IMG/VR virus record: IMGVR_UViG_3300049924_000116
Location: 1-50,343 of that record
Direction: 5' to 3' (one strand)
Source of the DNA: a virus
Taxonomy: Duplodnaviria; Caudoviricetes
Length of the DNA: 50,343 nucleotides
Position 1 is the stretch's first letter, and every line of letters starts with the position of its first letter. A program made the translations under genes and the position numbers. Below are positions 10,198 to 19,272 of the stretch, one piece after another. The notes beneath the pieces were generated by a model, which worked only from the letters and a program-made list of their open reading frames with translations, was not told where the DNA came from and made no database searches.

Positions 10198-10683
10198 TCA
10201 TTCGCCAAGCGTGATGGTAAACTTGACTTGCAGAGTGTCATTCGTGCGAAGCACGCGCAATCCGGGGAAAATTACTTCGTGAGCCATCCGGCCACCGGTA
10301 GGGGCATCGAAGAGGGCCGCCTTGCGCACCGTCTGCTCAGCTCCCGTGAACGTGAAGGTGTACTCGACAACCGTGATATTACTGCCCGGAGAAGCGGTCA
10401 AGACCGTTCCCTGAGCCCGTGCTAAACCATGCTGAGTCAGCTCGGCCCCCAAAGCAGTGTCGTCCGCACTTGGCGGGTTGGCATCGTTGCTGAGTGCGAC
10501 CCAGTTGAAGCCGGTACCCAAAAACTCGCGCTGAGCCGGGGTCGCATAGGCATACTTGTGTATCGTCGCCAACCCAACGTTAGTGACGATGTTCCCGACC
10601 TCTTCGACCCCGACGATCTCGCCGGCACGGAGATGGGTGAAGGTTACCTTCGCTTGTGGGCCGTTCTTGATGGTCTGATTCAT
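10198..10683 (-). CDS. Tail-collar/baseplate fibre-docking-like protein, 161 aa (paralog of 2871..3575)
   Basis: NIVTNVG...VALSND...TALGAEL...AALFDA...DTLQVKFTIT pattern; AGGAG RBS. Confidence 0.6.
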   Translation of the reverse strand: MNQTIKNGPQAKVTFTHLRAGEIVGVEEVGNIVTNVGLATIHKYAYATPAQREFLGTGFNWVALSNDANPPSADDTALGAELTQHGLARAQGTVLTASPGSNITVVEYTFTFTGAEQTVRKAALFDAPTGGRMAHEVIFPGLRVLRTNDTLQVKFTITLGE

Positions 10684-10727
10684 TTTGGCTAAGCTCTCCT
10701 AAAAGAAACCCTCCATAAGAGAAACCG

Positions 10728-11549
10728 TTAGAAATCCTCAGAGTGGTCTTCCTCCGAGACTGACTGATTCACCTTGACGCCAAGGCGATCCCTATCTTGG
10801 ACTCCACCCCAATAGGAGCGAAAGTCTTCGTAGTAGTACTGGGACATCTTCCAGCGCATCGTATCGACGATGCCTCCCGCACCGTCGATATTAGGGTCTG
10901 GCTTATAGACGTCGTTGAAGATGTACCTAATCCGGAAAAGGGTGTGGGCCGGTCGGATGATATTGAGAATCAAGCGAAGGTTCGCGTCAAGAGCAAAAAC
11001 GTCTGGCGGAAAGGCCAACCCAGACTGGATATCAATCTGAAAGCCGAACTGGCCCGAGATATCTACACCCCCAGCCCCGTTTCTCAAGAGCAAGAAATTC
11101 TCAAGAATTCTAACATTTTCCGAGGTGAAAAGATTGACCCCATCTCGGATTGAGTTAGGGATTGACCCCTGGAAGTATATTTTGATGACCGAAAGGAGAA
11201 ACCGACGGAACTCCACATCGTCAAACTGTGTCACTGGAATTCGCCCATTTAGGAAAACCAAGTAGCCCACAATTGAGTAAAGAAACTCAGATCGAGTGGT
11301 GGCGAAGGATCGATCCATGTCGACGTCTTCCATGGCCAACTCCAGCCTGGCAAGCTCGACCGCTATCGATTTGAGTTCATTGGTATAGTTGGGACCCTGA
11401 ACCGCCGAGATGTATCCCGACGGAAGAAGGTTGAGCAGATTGGTCAGAATTGACTGCGCGCGCTGTAGCAGCCGCTTGTTAAATTCTTTACCGACCTGTT
11501 GGATGGTGTGATTGATTCGTGTCGGGTCGTCCTCAAACCTATTGGCCAT
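10728..11549 (-). CDS. Baseplate wedge protein (P2 gpI / T4 gp7 / Mu gp48-like), 273 aa
   Basis: Directly follows baseplate J. Contains DVEFRRFL...YFQGS...IIRPAHT, the characteristic (K/R)PAH motif. Confidence 0.75.
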   Translation of the reverse strand: MANRFEDDPTRINHTIQQVGKEFNKRLLQRAQSILTNLLNLLPSGYISAVQGPNYTNELKSIAVELARLELAMEDVDMDRSFATTRSEFLYSIVGYLVFLNGRIPVTQFDDVEFRRFLLSVIKIYFQGSIPNSIRDGVNLFTSENVRILENFLLLRNGAGGVDISGQFGFQIDIQSGLAFPPDVFALDANLRLILNIIRPAHTLFRIRYIFNDVYKPDPNIDGAGGIVDTMRWKMSQYYYEDFRSYWGGVQDRDRLGVKVNQSVSEEDHSEDF

Positions 11550-11552
11550 AGG

Positions 11553-14500
11553 TCACCCCACCGGAGCATTGCGATATGTGACCGTGAAGCCACCAAGGTC
11601 AAGAAACTCCACTCCACTCGCGGTCATGTCCTTCGCGCCTGAGTCTCCTCGAACGACATAACTGACAGCATACTTGTGATTGGTCGGCACATCTGGGTTG
11701 CCGCCTCCGGGAAGGCTTAGTATAACGCGATTAGCGCTACGTCGAAGGTACTCCACCAATTGAGAATCACCAGTCGTGAACCCCTCAGCCACCAAGGTCG
11801 GAGTATCCGTGTAACCGGCGATGGTCGCTCCCGTGCGACCGATGAGGTAAGCTCGGTAGGGTCCATTGCAGACCGAGAATAAGTCGTCGGAGAGAGTCAT
11901 AGACTCATCGTCCTGGAAGACCCCGCGGTGTTCCGTCTTGAGTCCGCCCCCGTCAGTAGTGGGGAACTGAAGAGGGTTTTTCAGGATGTACGCCAAGTTA
12001 CCGCCAAGGCTAAGACTTGGGAGAGAGGAATACGTCGAGAGAACAGTCTCCCGAAGTTTTCGTGAACCATCCGCATAGGCCATTCGAGCAAAAGGAACAA
12101 CCGGGTAATCAACTCCCCTGGTGGCGTCGATCGCATGGATGATGTCGCCTTGAGCGGTGTCTTCACCGATGAGCTTCTTGTCCAGCTCTTGAGAAACCGA
12201 CGAACGAATCAGAGGGTCAACTCGATCTTTGCTGGCTCCTCTGGCAAGTTGGACGGTGGTCTCCAACTCGACACTGTTCTGGATTGCCTGCTTTACAAGC
12301 ACGTCCGCAGTCGCGTGGCGTTGGATGTTCAGAGTCCGCTGCAACTCTTGCAGGATGTCGTTTATGACGTAAGTAACCGTAAAATTCTCATCCTTGACAT
12401 AGTCGACCGAGACAGTCGCGCCGCTGTTGATTGCTGATGAAGCTGTACGAACAATCTTGACAGGTGTGGTCGCAGTGCCTTCGATTATATCAAAGTCAGG
12501 CGCAAGCGTGCCGGGTCCATCATATTCCGTGAGACGATCTGCGCTGAATACACGCAGAGTCTGTTTGTCAACTCCAATGAAGAGTAGAGGCTCTTCGACG
12601 AAGCCGATCAGCACGTGGGTCTCATCGCTAACCGGAATTGTGTTTCCAGTCGGGATGTTGTTGAACTGGTTGATACTGAGATAATCAGCCGCAATCGTAG
12701 ACTCACCGTTCAACAGGGGATCATCGGGCTTGAAAAGGTCATATCCTTCAACAGAGTTCAGTGGACCAGAGACTTCACCGACTACCGAGACAACGCGGCG
12801 TACAGGCTGGAAGGAAAAGAAGAACTTGTTGGCTACTCGGAAACGGTAATCCGCCGCAACGATGTCATCGATAAGAGTAATCGGCTGACCCGTTGTGACC
12901 AGCTTAAAGGTTTGGTAGTCAGGGAAGGTGACGCCTGTGACATTGTACTCTTCCCCTGTCGTGTTGTTTTGTAGTGCCAGCAGACCGATGATAGGGCTCG
13001 TGGGCGTGACTCGACTGTCCTGAACTCGGAAGATCAGGTTGGGGAGGTCGACGATCGATACTACCACATTTTCCGCAGAGGCGAACGTGAAAGCGAACTT
13101 CTCCGAAACTTGACGCTCCCGAAGACCTTGTACCCAGACATCCACCTTTCCGCCAATGTGCTTGTGACGAAGGTCATCGTAGTCTCGCATCATCAGAGGG
13201 TCGCCACTCTTGACGATCTTGCTCTTGAGCACGCCGATTTGCTTGACTGTCGTGCGCGCGTAACCGCCCTCAGTACCGGTATCTACGGATTGCAAGGCCA
13301 ACATCGCTCGTGCAGCGAGATCACCGTTGCTCTCACGATCGGTTCCGAAGACCGTAGCCTCTAGGTTTATAACACTCAGACCGGCGACACTTGGAGAAGA
13401 CTTGATCTGCCCGGCTGGTCGATTACCGTCTTCTCCAAGACTTTCTGCGGTTACATCAACCGTAATCTCGTATCGCTTCCGATCGAAGTTAAAATACGCA
13501 TCCGCATTCGCGGCAGTCATCACGAAAGTGCCGCCAACACGGAATCTCACCGAGGGTATTCCGAGGGCCGAATCGGCGTCACTGGAGACGAAGGACCCAG
13601 CCGGGATCGGGATATCGAACTGAGGCCGTGACGTCGTGTAGAATACGACCTGACCGATCGCGGGACGACCTGGAAGACGAGGAGTCGTCAAGTTGCCGGC
13701 AAGCTTATCGAATTGCTGGTCAATCAACGCCTGAACAGCAATGTCCTGCTGGATACCTAGCGCGGCCTTAATGGCTTGTTTGTAGGCGCTACTGGCCACT
13801 GGATCTGAAATCCCGTCCCCGTTAGCATCATCGATTTGAAGGAGCGTCAGGAAGCTCTGGCTTCGATGGACAAAGTCGAGAATAAACCAAAGTCGCTCTG
13901 CTTCGCTGCTAAACGGGTCGATGGTGACATCCCGAGTTGTTGAGCCTGGAAGCAGGCTGATTTCCGCATTAGCTCTCTGAATCGCCAGCACAAAGTCAAC
14001 CAGGATATTCTTCTGCTTGCGAGTAGGCAAGTCACGAATAGCCGTATCGATAACCAAAGGTTGACCGACTACTTCTTGTGAATAAGAGGATTCAATCTCA
14101 GTTGCCGACTCTACATCGTAGTAGACTGCCGTCACGACATAGTAAAGAGGTTCGGCGTCTATGACATTGGCGAATTGGTCTGAGTTGATGATACCTGGTC
14201 CACCTCCACGACGATGCGTGAACGCGAGGTACTCCGTCAATGACACATCATCAACGGTGCTCTTGAAGCGCAGATTGTTGCTCAACGCGCTGACATCATA
14301 CTTTTGGTCAAGTCGAGTGGCTAGCTTCTGGCCAAAACTGTCCTCCTCGGTGACTTGAACTCGAACAAAGGCTTGATTGGTGTTCGACCAAGTAGTTGAC
14401 TCGGAGGCCAGATTTTCGACGGTCTCATCAAAGTTGGCTGATGTCTGTGTAATGATACTCTCGTTGACTTTGAAGTAACCCGTCGTTCCACCGCCGGCCG

Positions 14501-14981
14501 CAGTAGCGGCGTAGACGTTTATTCCCACGAATTCACCCGGAACGGCTTCTTGTTGGGCAAAGGAGATCGAAGGGAGCGGATTAGCAGCAAGAATCTGAAC
14601 GGCGTCCCGCTGGCGACGAAGCTTGATACCTGTTGGGATCTGGAAAGGGTTCGCTTCGGCCGGAACTCGGGTGATAGTTGCCGACGCAGGCGCACTCACG
14701 CTACCAACAATATCGATAGTCCGGATCAGAAAGGTATTAACGCCAGGCTCTAGTGGGATACCCGTCGGGTAGTTGGTAAGGTTCGGAACCGTGAAATTGG
14801 GGAGGTCGAACTTGACCAAGGACGGATCTGAGAGGAAGGGGCCCCCATTTTGCGAGACCTGCACGTCAACCGTGTTGACGTCAGCCGTCCCTACCAGGAC
14901 GATACTGTCTCGATTGGTGCTCAATACAAGGGCTTGAGTGCCCGTGCCATCTCTCAACTTAAGTTGGGGTGCCGTTGCCAT
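11553..14981 (-). CDS. Baseplate J-like wedge protein (T4 gp6 / P2 gpJ family) with extensions, 1142 aa
   Basis: PGSTTRDV..., AIGQVVF...IPAGSFVS, GEDGNRPAGQI, FGTDRESNGDLAAR, DTGTEGGY, GGKVDVWV are baseplate-J hallmark segments. Confidence 0.9.
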   Translation of the reverse strand: MATAPQLKLRDGTGTQALVLSTNRDSIVLVGTADVNTVDVQVSQNGGPFLSDPSLVKFDLPNFTVPNLTNYPTGIPLEPGVNTFLIRTIDIVGSVSAPASATITRVPAEANPFQIPTGIKLRRQRDAVQILAANPLPSISFAQQEAVPGEFVGINVYAATAAGGGTTGYFKVNESIITQTSANFDETVENLASESTTWSNTNQAFVRVQVTEEDSFGQKLATRLDQKYDVSALSNNLRFKSTVDDVSLTEYLAFTHRRGGGPGIINSDQFANVIDAEPLYYVVTAVYYDVESATEIESSYSQEVVGQPLVIDTAIRDLPTRKQKNILVDFVLAIQRANAEISLLPGSTTRDVTIDPFSSEAERLWFILDFVHRSQSFLTLLQIDDANGDGISDPVASSAYKQAIKAALGIQQDIAVQALIDQQFDKLAGNLTTPRLPGRPAIGQVVFYTTSRPQFDIPIPAGSFVSSDADSALGIPSVRFRVGGTFVMTAANADAYFNFDRKRYEITVDVTAESLGEDGNRPAGQIKSSPSVAGLSVINLEATVFGTDRESNGDLAARAMLALQSVDTGTEGGYARTTVKQIGVLKSKIVKSGDPLMMRDYDDLRHKHIGGKVDVWVQGLRERQVSEKFAFTFASAENVVVSIVDLPNLIFRVQDSRVTPTSPIIGLLALQNNTTGEEYNVTGVTFPDYQTFKLVTTGQPITLIDDIVAADYRFRVANKFFFSFQPVRRVVSVVGEVSGPLNSVEGYDLFKPDDPLLNGESTIAADYLSINQFNNIPTGNTIPVSDETHVLIGFVEEPLLFIGVDKQTLRVFSADRLTEYDGPGTLAPDFDIIEGTATTPVKIVRTASSAINSGATVSVDYVKDENFTVTYVINDILQELQRTLNIQRHATADVLVKQAIQNSVELETTVQLARGASKDRVDPLIRSSVSQELDKKLIGEDTAQGDIIHAIDATRGVDYPVVPFARMAYADGSRKLRETVLSTYSSLPSLSLGGNLAYILKNPLQFPTTDGGGLKTEHRGVFQDDESMTLSDDLFSVCNGPYRAYLIGRTGATIAGYTDTPTLVAEGFTTGDSQLVEYLRRSANRVILSLPGGGNPDVPTNHKYAVSYVVRGDSGAKDMTASGVEFLDLGGFTVTYRNAPVG

Positions 14982-14982
14982 C

Positions 14983-16140
14983 TTATTCCGTCAGGTTGAA
15001 GTTACGCAAACTCTGTCGATACGCTCCATCGGAGGCAGTAGTCGAATTGAGGAGGTCCAGAGGCTGAGGGAGCCGGAGGCCTCGATCAATCTGAACCTGT
15101 TTCCCGGATCGGTTCTGTAGAGTGATGTTGACAAATACAACCGTGGGATCCTTACTGCTTTGCTCGACGGTGACCCCCAAGATGCGAGAAGGAAACTCCT
15201 CGTCACTCACAAACTGGCCCACTTGTGTCTCTTGGGCGACCTTGATTGACTGCCATCGCTGAAAGGCCGTGTAGATGTCTTGGGTGATGAGATTCTGCAC
15301 CATCCCGCCCGGAATCACCTTCTTACCGATTTGCTCCAGCAACTGACTCCCGTACCAAGGATGGAACGGATTAGACCCGGCGACCGTGTATATGCTCTTC
15401 TTGACTTCCTGGATGAGCAATGCCTCATCCCGAACTTCCCCAGTCGTTCCGTTGGCAGCGTAACGCCAATCCTGCTCGACCCCCGTACCACCGCAACGAC
15501 GGCACTCCTGTCGAACCGTAACATAGTCCAGTTCGACAAAGTCGTTGTAGCCCTTGAGAGGCTCATCAAAAACAACTAGCCGAAGAGGTCGATCCGTCAG
15601 GCTATCAAGAGTGTTGACTAGTGACCAACCAGGAAGAACGCGACGGCCACGATACTCTCGACCGGTTGCGATGCCAACCAAGCTGCCCAGAGTAGAAGTC
15701 GGATCAATGAAGACGCTCGAACCCGCTCCAGCTTCGTTGGTTCGGAATCCGAGGCGGTTGTGCATATCATAGAAGGTAACCCCACGGAATCCCCGATTGA
15801 GCAAATCAGCCATTTGAGTGGCCGTCATCTTGCTGCTGGAAGGAAGATGAACCGTCTGAACCGAACCGGAATTGACTCGGAGCCTCAAACGGTTGGTTCC
15901 GGCTGATCCTAAAGTCGGAAGGCGAACTTGGAAAGGACCTTGCTTGGTCCCCTCAGATTGCGCGGGTGCTTCCACACCAAAGGAGGGAATATCGATGCCC
16001 CCATTCAGACGCATCACCACGGAGTCAGTGGAAGAGATTGGGCGAACCGGACGGACGGTCTGTTGGTCAGAGTTGAGGAAAAGCAACTCTTCTCGTACCA
16101 GATGGGGGCAAACCTGGTCAATGTGGCGGTCAAAACTCAT
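14983..16140 (-). CDS. gp25/gpW-like baseplate wedge (sheath initiator) with N-terminal extensions, 385 aa
   Basis: C-terminal LLIQEVKKSIYTVAGSNPFHPWYGSQL is gp25-like. Immediately upstream of baseplate J. Contains CPH and CRRC. Confidence 0.8.
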   Translation of the reverse strand: MSFDRHIDQVCPHLVREELLFLNSDQQTVRPVRPISSTDSVVMRLNGGIDIPSFGVEAPAQSEGTKQGPFQVRLPTLGSAGTNRLRLRVNSGSVQTVHLPSSSKMTATQMADLLNRGFRGVTFYDMHNRLGFRTNEAGAGSSVFIDPTSTLGSLVGIATGREYRGRRVLPGWSLVNTLDSLTDRPLRLVVFDEPLKGYNDFVELDYVTVRQECRRCGGTGVEQDWRYAANGTTGEVRDEALLIQEVKKSIYTVAGSNPFHPWYGSQLLEQIGKKVIPGGMVQNLITQDIYTAFQRWQSIKVAQETQVGQFVSDEEFPSRILGVTVEQSSKDPTVVFVNITLQNRSGKQVQIDRGLRLPQPLDLLNSTTASDGAYRQSLRNFNLTE

Positions 16141-16886
16141 GCAGAACTCTTTTCCCCAGGCAAAACCACACCATTAGCTCCACGCTCAGGACCCTTCGAA
16201 GGAGGACGATCGCTCCCAGGTTCGTAAATGGCAAATGGCGCGTAAGTCAACTTACCATAAATGTCCTTGCCACCGTCATCATAGATGGCTCGGTAACCCT
16301 TGTCTGTAAAGAGTGCCTCTACTTCGGAAATGAGCTTCTCCAAGGATCCCTTGCGTTCTGCCGAAGATCGAATCTTCTCCAAAACAGCCATTTCCTCGGC
16401 GAGCTGATCTCCGTAGTCGACTACCCTTCGAATCTTTCGTTCGAGGATTTCTCGACGACGCATGATGGCATCATCGGCAAAATAACGCATCTGGCTCACC
16501 AGGTTGGCTGTAACCGCATCCCCTAGACCCTTTTGGCCCAGAGGTTCACCGTTGGACATCCGATTTGCAGCCGCACTCTCATCGCCCCGGAGCAGGTAGA
16601 CCGGGTCGGTAATCGATCGGATTTGCAGATCGTGAATAGGGTCCCCCCCAAGAACCTTGTAGGCAGCGAATAACTGACCAAGGTAAGAGGTGTCCGAATC
16701 AGGTGCTGCGCTCCCAGTGGGATTGCCGGAACCAGGCGTAAACCGCATTACCAAAGAACCTACTCGGACGCGTTCCGCAGCCAAATGGGTCAACCGTGCA
16801 TCAATCAGGGGGATCTGAGAGCGCAGGTAAGTCGCGAGTCGGATAAACTGCGAACGGTTGAAGGTTCCTTTGAAGTTGTAGGCCAC
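16137..16886 (-). CDS. Hypothetical helical virion protein (about 249 aa)
   Basis: The ORF track starts at 16943, but GGAG upstream of the GTG at 16886 (VAYNFKGTF) makes this the likelier start. Coiled-coil-like C-terminal half; overlaps the next gene by 4 nt. Confidence 0.7.
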   Translation of the reverse strand: MAYNFKGTFNRSQFIRLATYLRSQIPLIDARLTHLAAERVRVGSLVMRFTPGSGNPTGSAAPDSDTSYLGQLFAAYKVLGGDPIHDLQIRSITDPVYLLRGDESAAANRMSNGEPLGQKGLGDAVTANLVSQMRYFADDAIMRRREILERKIRRVVDYGDQLAEEMAVLEKIRSSAERKGSLEKLISEVEALFTDKGYRAIYDDGGKDIYGKLTYAPFAIYEPGSDRPPSKGPERGANGVVLPGEKSSA

Positions 16887-16947
16887 CTTTGGCTCCGTGC
16901 TTTTTGAGATACGTTTTCTCGGTGTCAGAAACACCCTGATCAATGAT

Positions 16948-19032
16948 TCAAAAGAGAATACCTAGAGCGGTCTCGAAGGCGGTAACGTTCGGAGCCACAT
17001 AAGCGATGCAGACTCCTCCAGTGTAACCACCAGGATTCTGGATTGGCTTGTTTCCTGCATTGTCAATGGCCGAAATCCAATCTTCCAGCCCATTCAAACC
17101 AGTTACATTCAAGAGAGAGAAGCTGATGCTGAACGAGAGAATAAGGTCCAAGATCGAGATTAGGAACTTGACGAATCTCTCTAAGACCTCGATTTTTTTG
17201 ACTAAAAGTCCAACGAAGGCTGCGATCTCTTCTGCGGCGCCCTTGAATGCGTCAACCAACGCGTCAACCTTGGCGAGGATCTCGTAGATGAGCGCGCCCG
17301 CCCACGGGACTACATCCCGAAACAGGCTGATCGAAACCCAGTCGGGCGGGTTGCCTCCAAGAGTGAACGCCTTGATGAAATTGACAATTGATAAGACATT
17401 TTGCCGGATGGCCAAATCTGTATAGGCCAGCAGGGCAGTGTCATAGAGTGCCTTGTCGCGGACGGTCTTGTAGTCCTTGCTGGCGGTGGTCAGCGCCACA
17501 ACTAGTTTCTCAGGAGTTGTGGTGTTCCCGTTGATGTAGCCGCCTGTGTTGGTGATCGGCTTCGCAAGAGTACCCTGCATAAACGTGCGAAAGTTGAGTA
17601 GGTTTGAACTGTTCTCCAGCAGGGAATTGCCGACCGTGTTGGCCAAGGCAGCAGCCCGGAACTTGACGATCTTCTGTTGCCATGCCACATCTGGCAATGA
17701 GCCTGATACGGCATCCTGCTCGGGCGTGGTCGTGAAGACGATCGGGATGAGGTTCGAGACCGGACCCGAAATATTAGACAAGGACCCGCGGCCAACCTCT
17801 ACCAGCTCGGTCGGCTCGATAGGCTCGCCATTGGCGTTGAACTTGGCTTCCGGAGAGGGTGGGAGATGGAATCCAAGCGAAAAGCCAGCCTGGAAAGTGG
17901 ACTCCAACACCTTGATGACATCGAAGCCAGCCGGGAGAGTAGGGATTCGACCACTGAGAACCGTCGTCGGACGACCCATCACCGGAGGATTTGAAGCACT
18001 TTCCCCAGGCCAACGAGCCACAAACTCCTGGTTGTTCGGCTCCTCCTTAGGCTTCCAATCAACCTTTTTGTCACTGAGGGCAAGCCCGCCGCTAAATGCG
18101 CGGACACGGTAGTAATAAGTGGTGTCCGGCTTGACATCCTTGTCGATATACCGGAACTTGGTCAACTGTCCGATGAAACCCTCCGCACTGGACGGCTCCA
18201 TGACAATGTATTCCTGGTAGACACGAACCGGGTCACCGTACTGATCGGTCGCCTGAACTTGCCTCTTGAGAGTCTGGCCCTGCTTGTTTTCGAAACTGGT
18301 CTCCAACTCCCCAAAAAGAGGCTCACCATTGGCTACAGTGCTCTTCTCAATCAGGAACTTCTGGGGGATAAAGGTCGCACCCACTTGGGATACCATATCG
18401 GAGAAGCCTGGGTCCGGTGGCGTGAGAGCATCCGAAAGACCCCACTCTACCACAAGGGCCTTGGGCGGGTTAGAGAAGACATCCCGAACTCGGAGGAGTG
18501 GTTGGTCCTTGGAGTCCGCCATCGTGACCTTTGCGTTGGTCGGAGGGCCGTATTGCGGCTGCGTAAGCTCCTTACCAAAGAAGCGCATCAGGATACCAAG
18601 CTTCTTGAGTAAATCGAAAACGTTCTCCACGTCGACCATCAAGATGACGAAGCCGCTCTTGTTAGCTCCCGCAAGCGGCTGTGGTCGATTAGGATCTTTG
18701 GTATCAAATAGGCTGGCTTTAAAGCGATCCGTGAATGCCTGGAAACCGCCCGAGTTGCGGTAGAAGTTCGGATCCTTCATCGGATCCGGAATGTCGTACC
18801 AGGCAAAGAGTCCCGTGCGCTTGAGGGACTCAAAAAGGCTGGTGACCAGCGCCAGAAGCGAAAGAAGAAGGGCTTTAAGAGGATTGGGGAAGTCAATCAG
18901 AAAGACTTGAATGGTCTGAAGAATGGCCTTGATGACCTCAAGAAAGATCATTAGCGTTTCGAGGAAACCTCGGAGCGGCTCCAGCAGATCCTTCCCGGGG
19001 ATCTCTAATTTGACTGAGTTCCAATCCGCCAT
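16948..19032 (-). CDS. Virion protein with hydrophobic N- and C-terminal helices and a central FN3-like domain, 694 aa
   Basis: FRYIDKDVKPDTTYYYRVRAF is an FN3-like signature. Long apolar amphipathic stretches at both ends. GGGAG RBS. Confidence 0.7.
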   Translation of the reverse strand: MADWNSVKLEIPGKDLLEPLRGFLETLMIFLEVIKAILQTIQVFLIDFPNPLKALLLSLLALVTSLFESLKRTGLFAWYDIPDPMKDPNFYRNSGGFQAFTDRFKASLFDTKDPNRPQPLAGANKSGFVILMVDVENVFDLLKKLGILMRFFGKELTQPQYGPPTNAKVTMADSKDQPLLRVRDVFSNPPKALVVEWGLSDALTPPDPGFSDMVSQVGATFIPQKFLIEKSTVANGEPLFGELETSFENKQGQTLKRQVQATDQYGDPVRVYQEYIVMEPSSAEGFIGQLTKFRYIDKDVKPDTTYYYRVRAFSGGLALSDKKVDWKPKEEPNNQEFVARWPGESASNPPVMGRPTTVLSGRIPTLPAGFDVIKVLESTFQAGFSLGFHLPPSPEAKFNANGEPIEPTELVEVGRGSLSNISGPVSNLIPIVFTTTPEQDAVSGSLPDVAWQQKIVKFRAAALANTVGNSLLENSSNLLNFRTFMQGTLAKPITNTGGYINGNTTTPEKLVVALTTASKDYKTVRDKALYDTALLAYTDLAIRQNVLSIVNFIKAFTLGGNPPDWVSISLFRDVVPWAGALIYEILAKVDALVDAFKGAAEEIAAFVGLLVKKIEVLERFVKFLISILDLILSFSISFSLLNVTGLNGLEDWISAIDNAGNKPIQNPGGYTGGVCIAYVAPNVTAFETALGILF

Positions 19033-19035
19033 CTG

Positions 19036-19269
19036 TCAACTCCCGTAAGTCAACTTCTCAAGTTTTTTCCGAAGAGAGTCAATCTCGCTAGTGCTGGCAT
19101 CGATCGTCTGATTGATGAGGTTCTTCATTGTCTCAACAATCTTGAAGCTCTGCTTCTGCTCCCAAGAAAACTTGGGCCCTGGCGGCACTTCCTCGGTGGT
19201 TTCCTGAGGGGACTCTTCGGGTGTTTCGGGGGCAGTCTCTACAATCTCGGGGCTCTCATTCGTGCTCAT
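19036..19269 (-). CDS. Small acidic protein with a C-terminal coiled coil, 77 aa
   Basis: Fills the gap between two large genes. E/P/T-rich N-terminus and heptad-like C-terminus. Confidence 0.65.
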   Translation of the reverse strand: MSTNESPEIVETAPETPEESPQETTEEVPPGPKFSWEQKQSFKIVETMKNLINQTIDASTSEIDSLRKKLEKLTYGS

Positions 19270-19272
19270 ATC

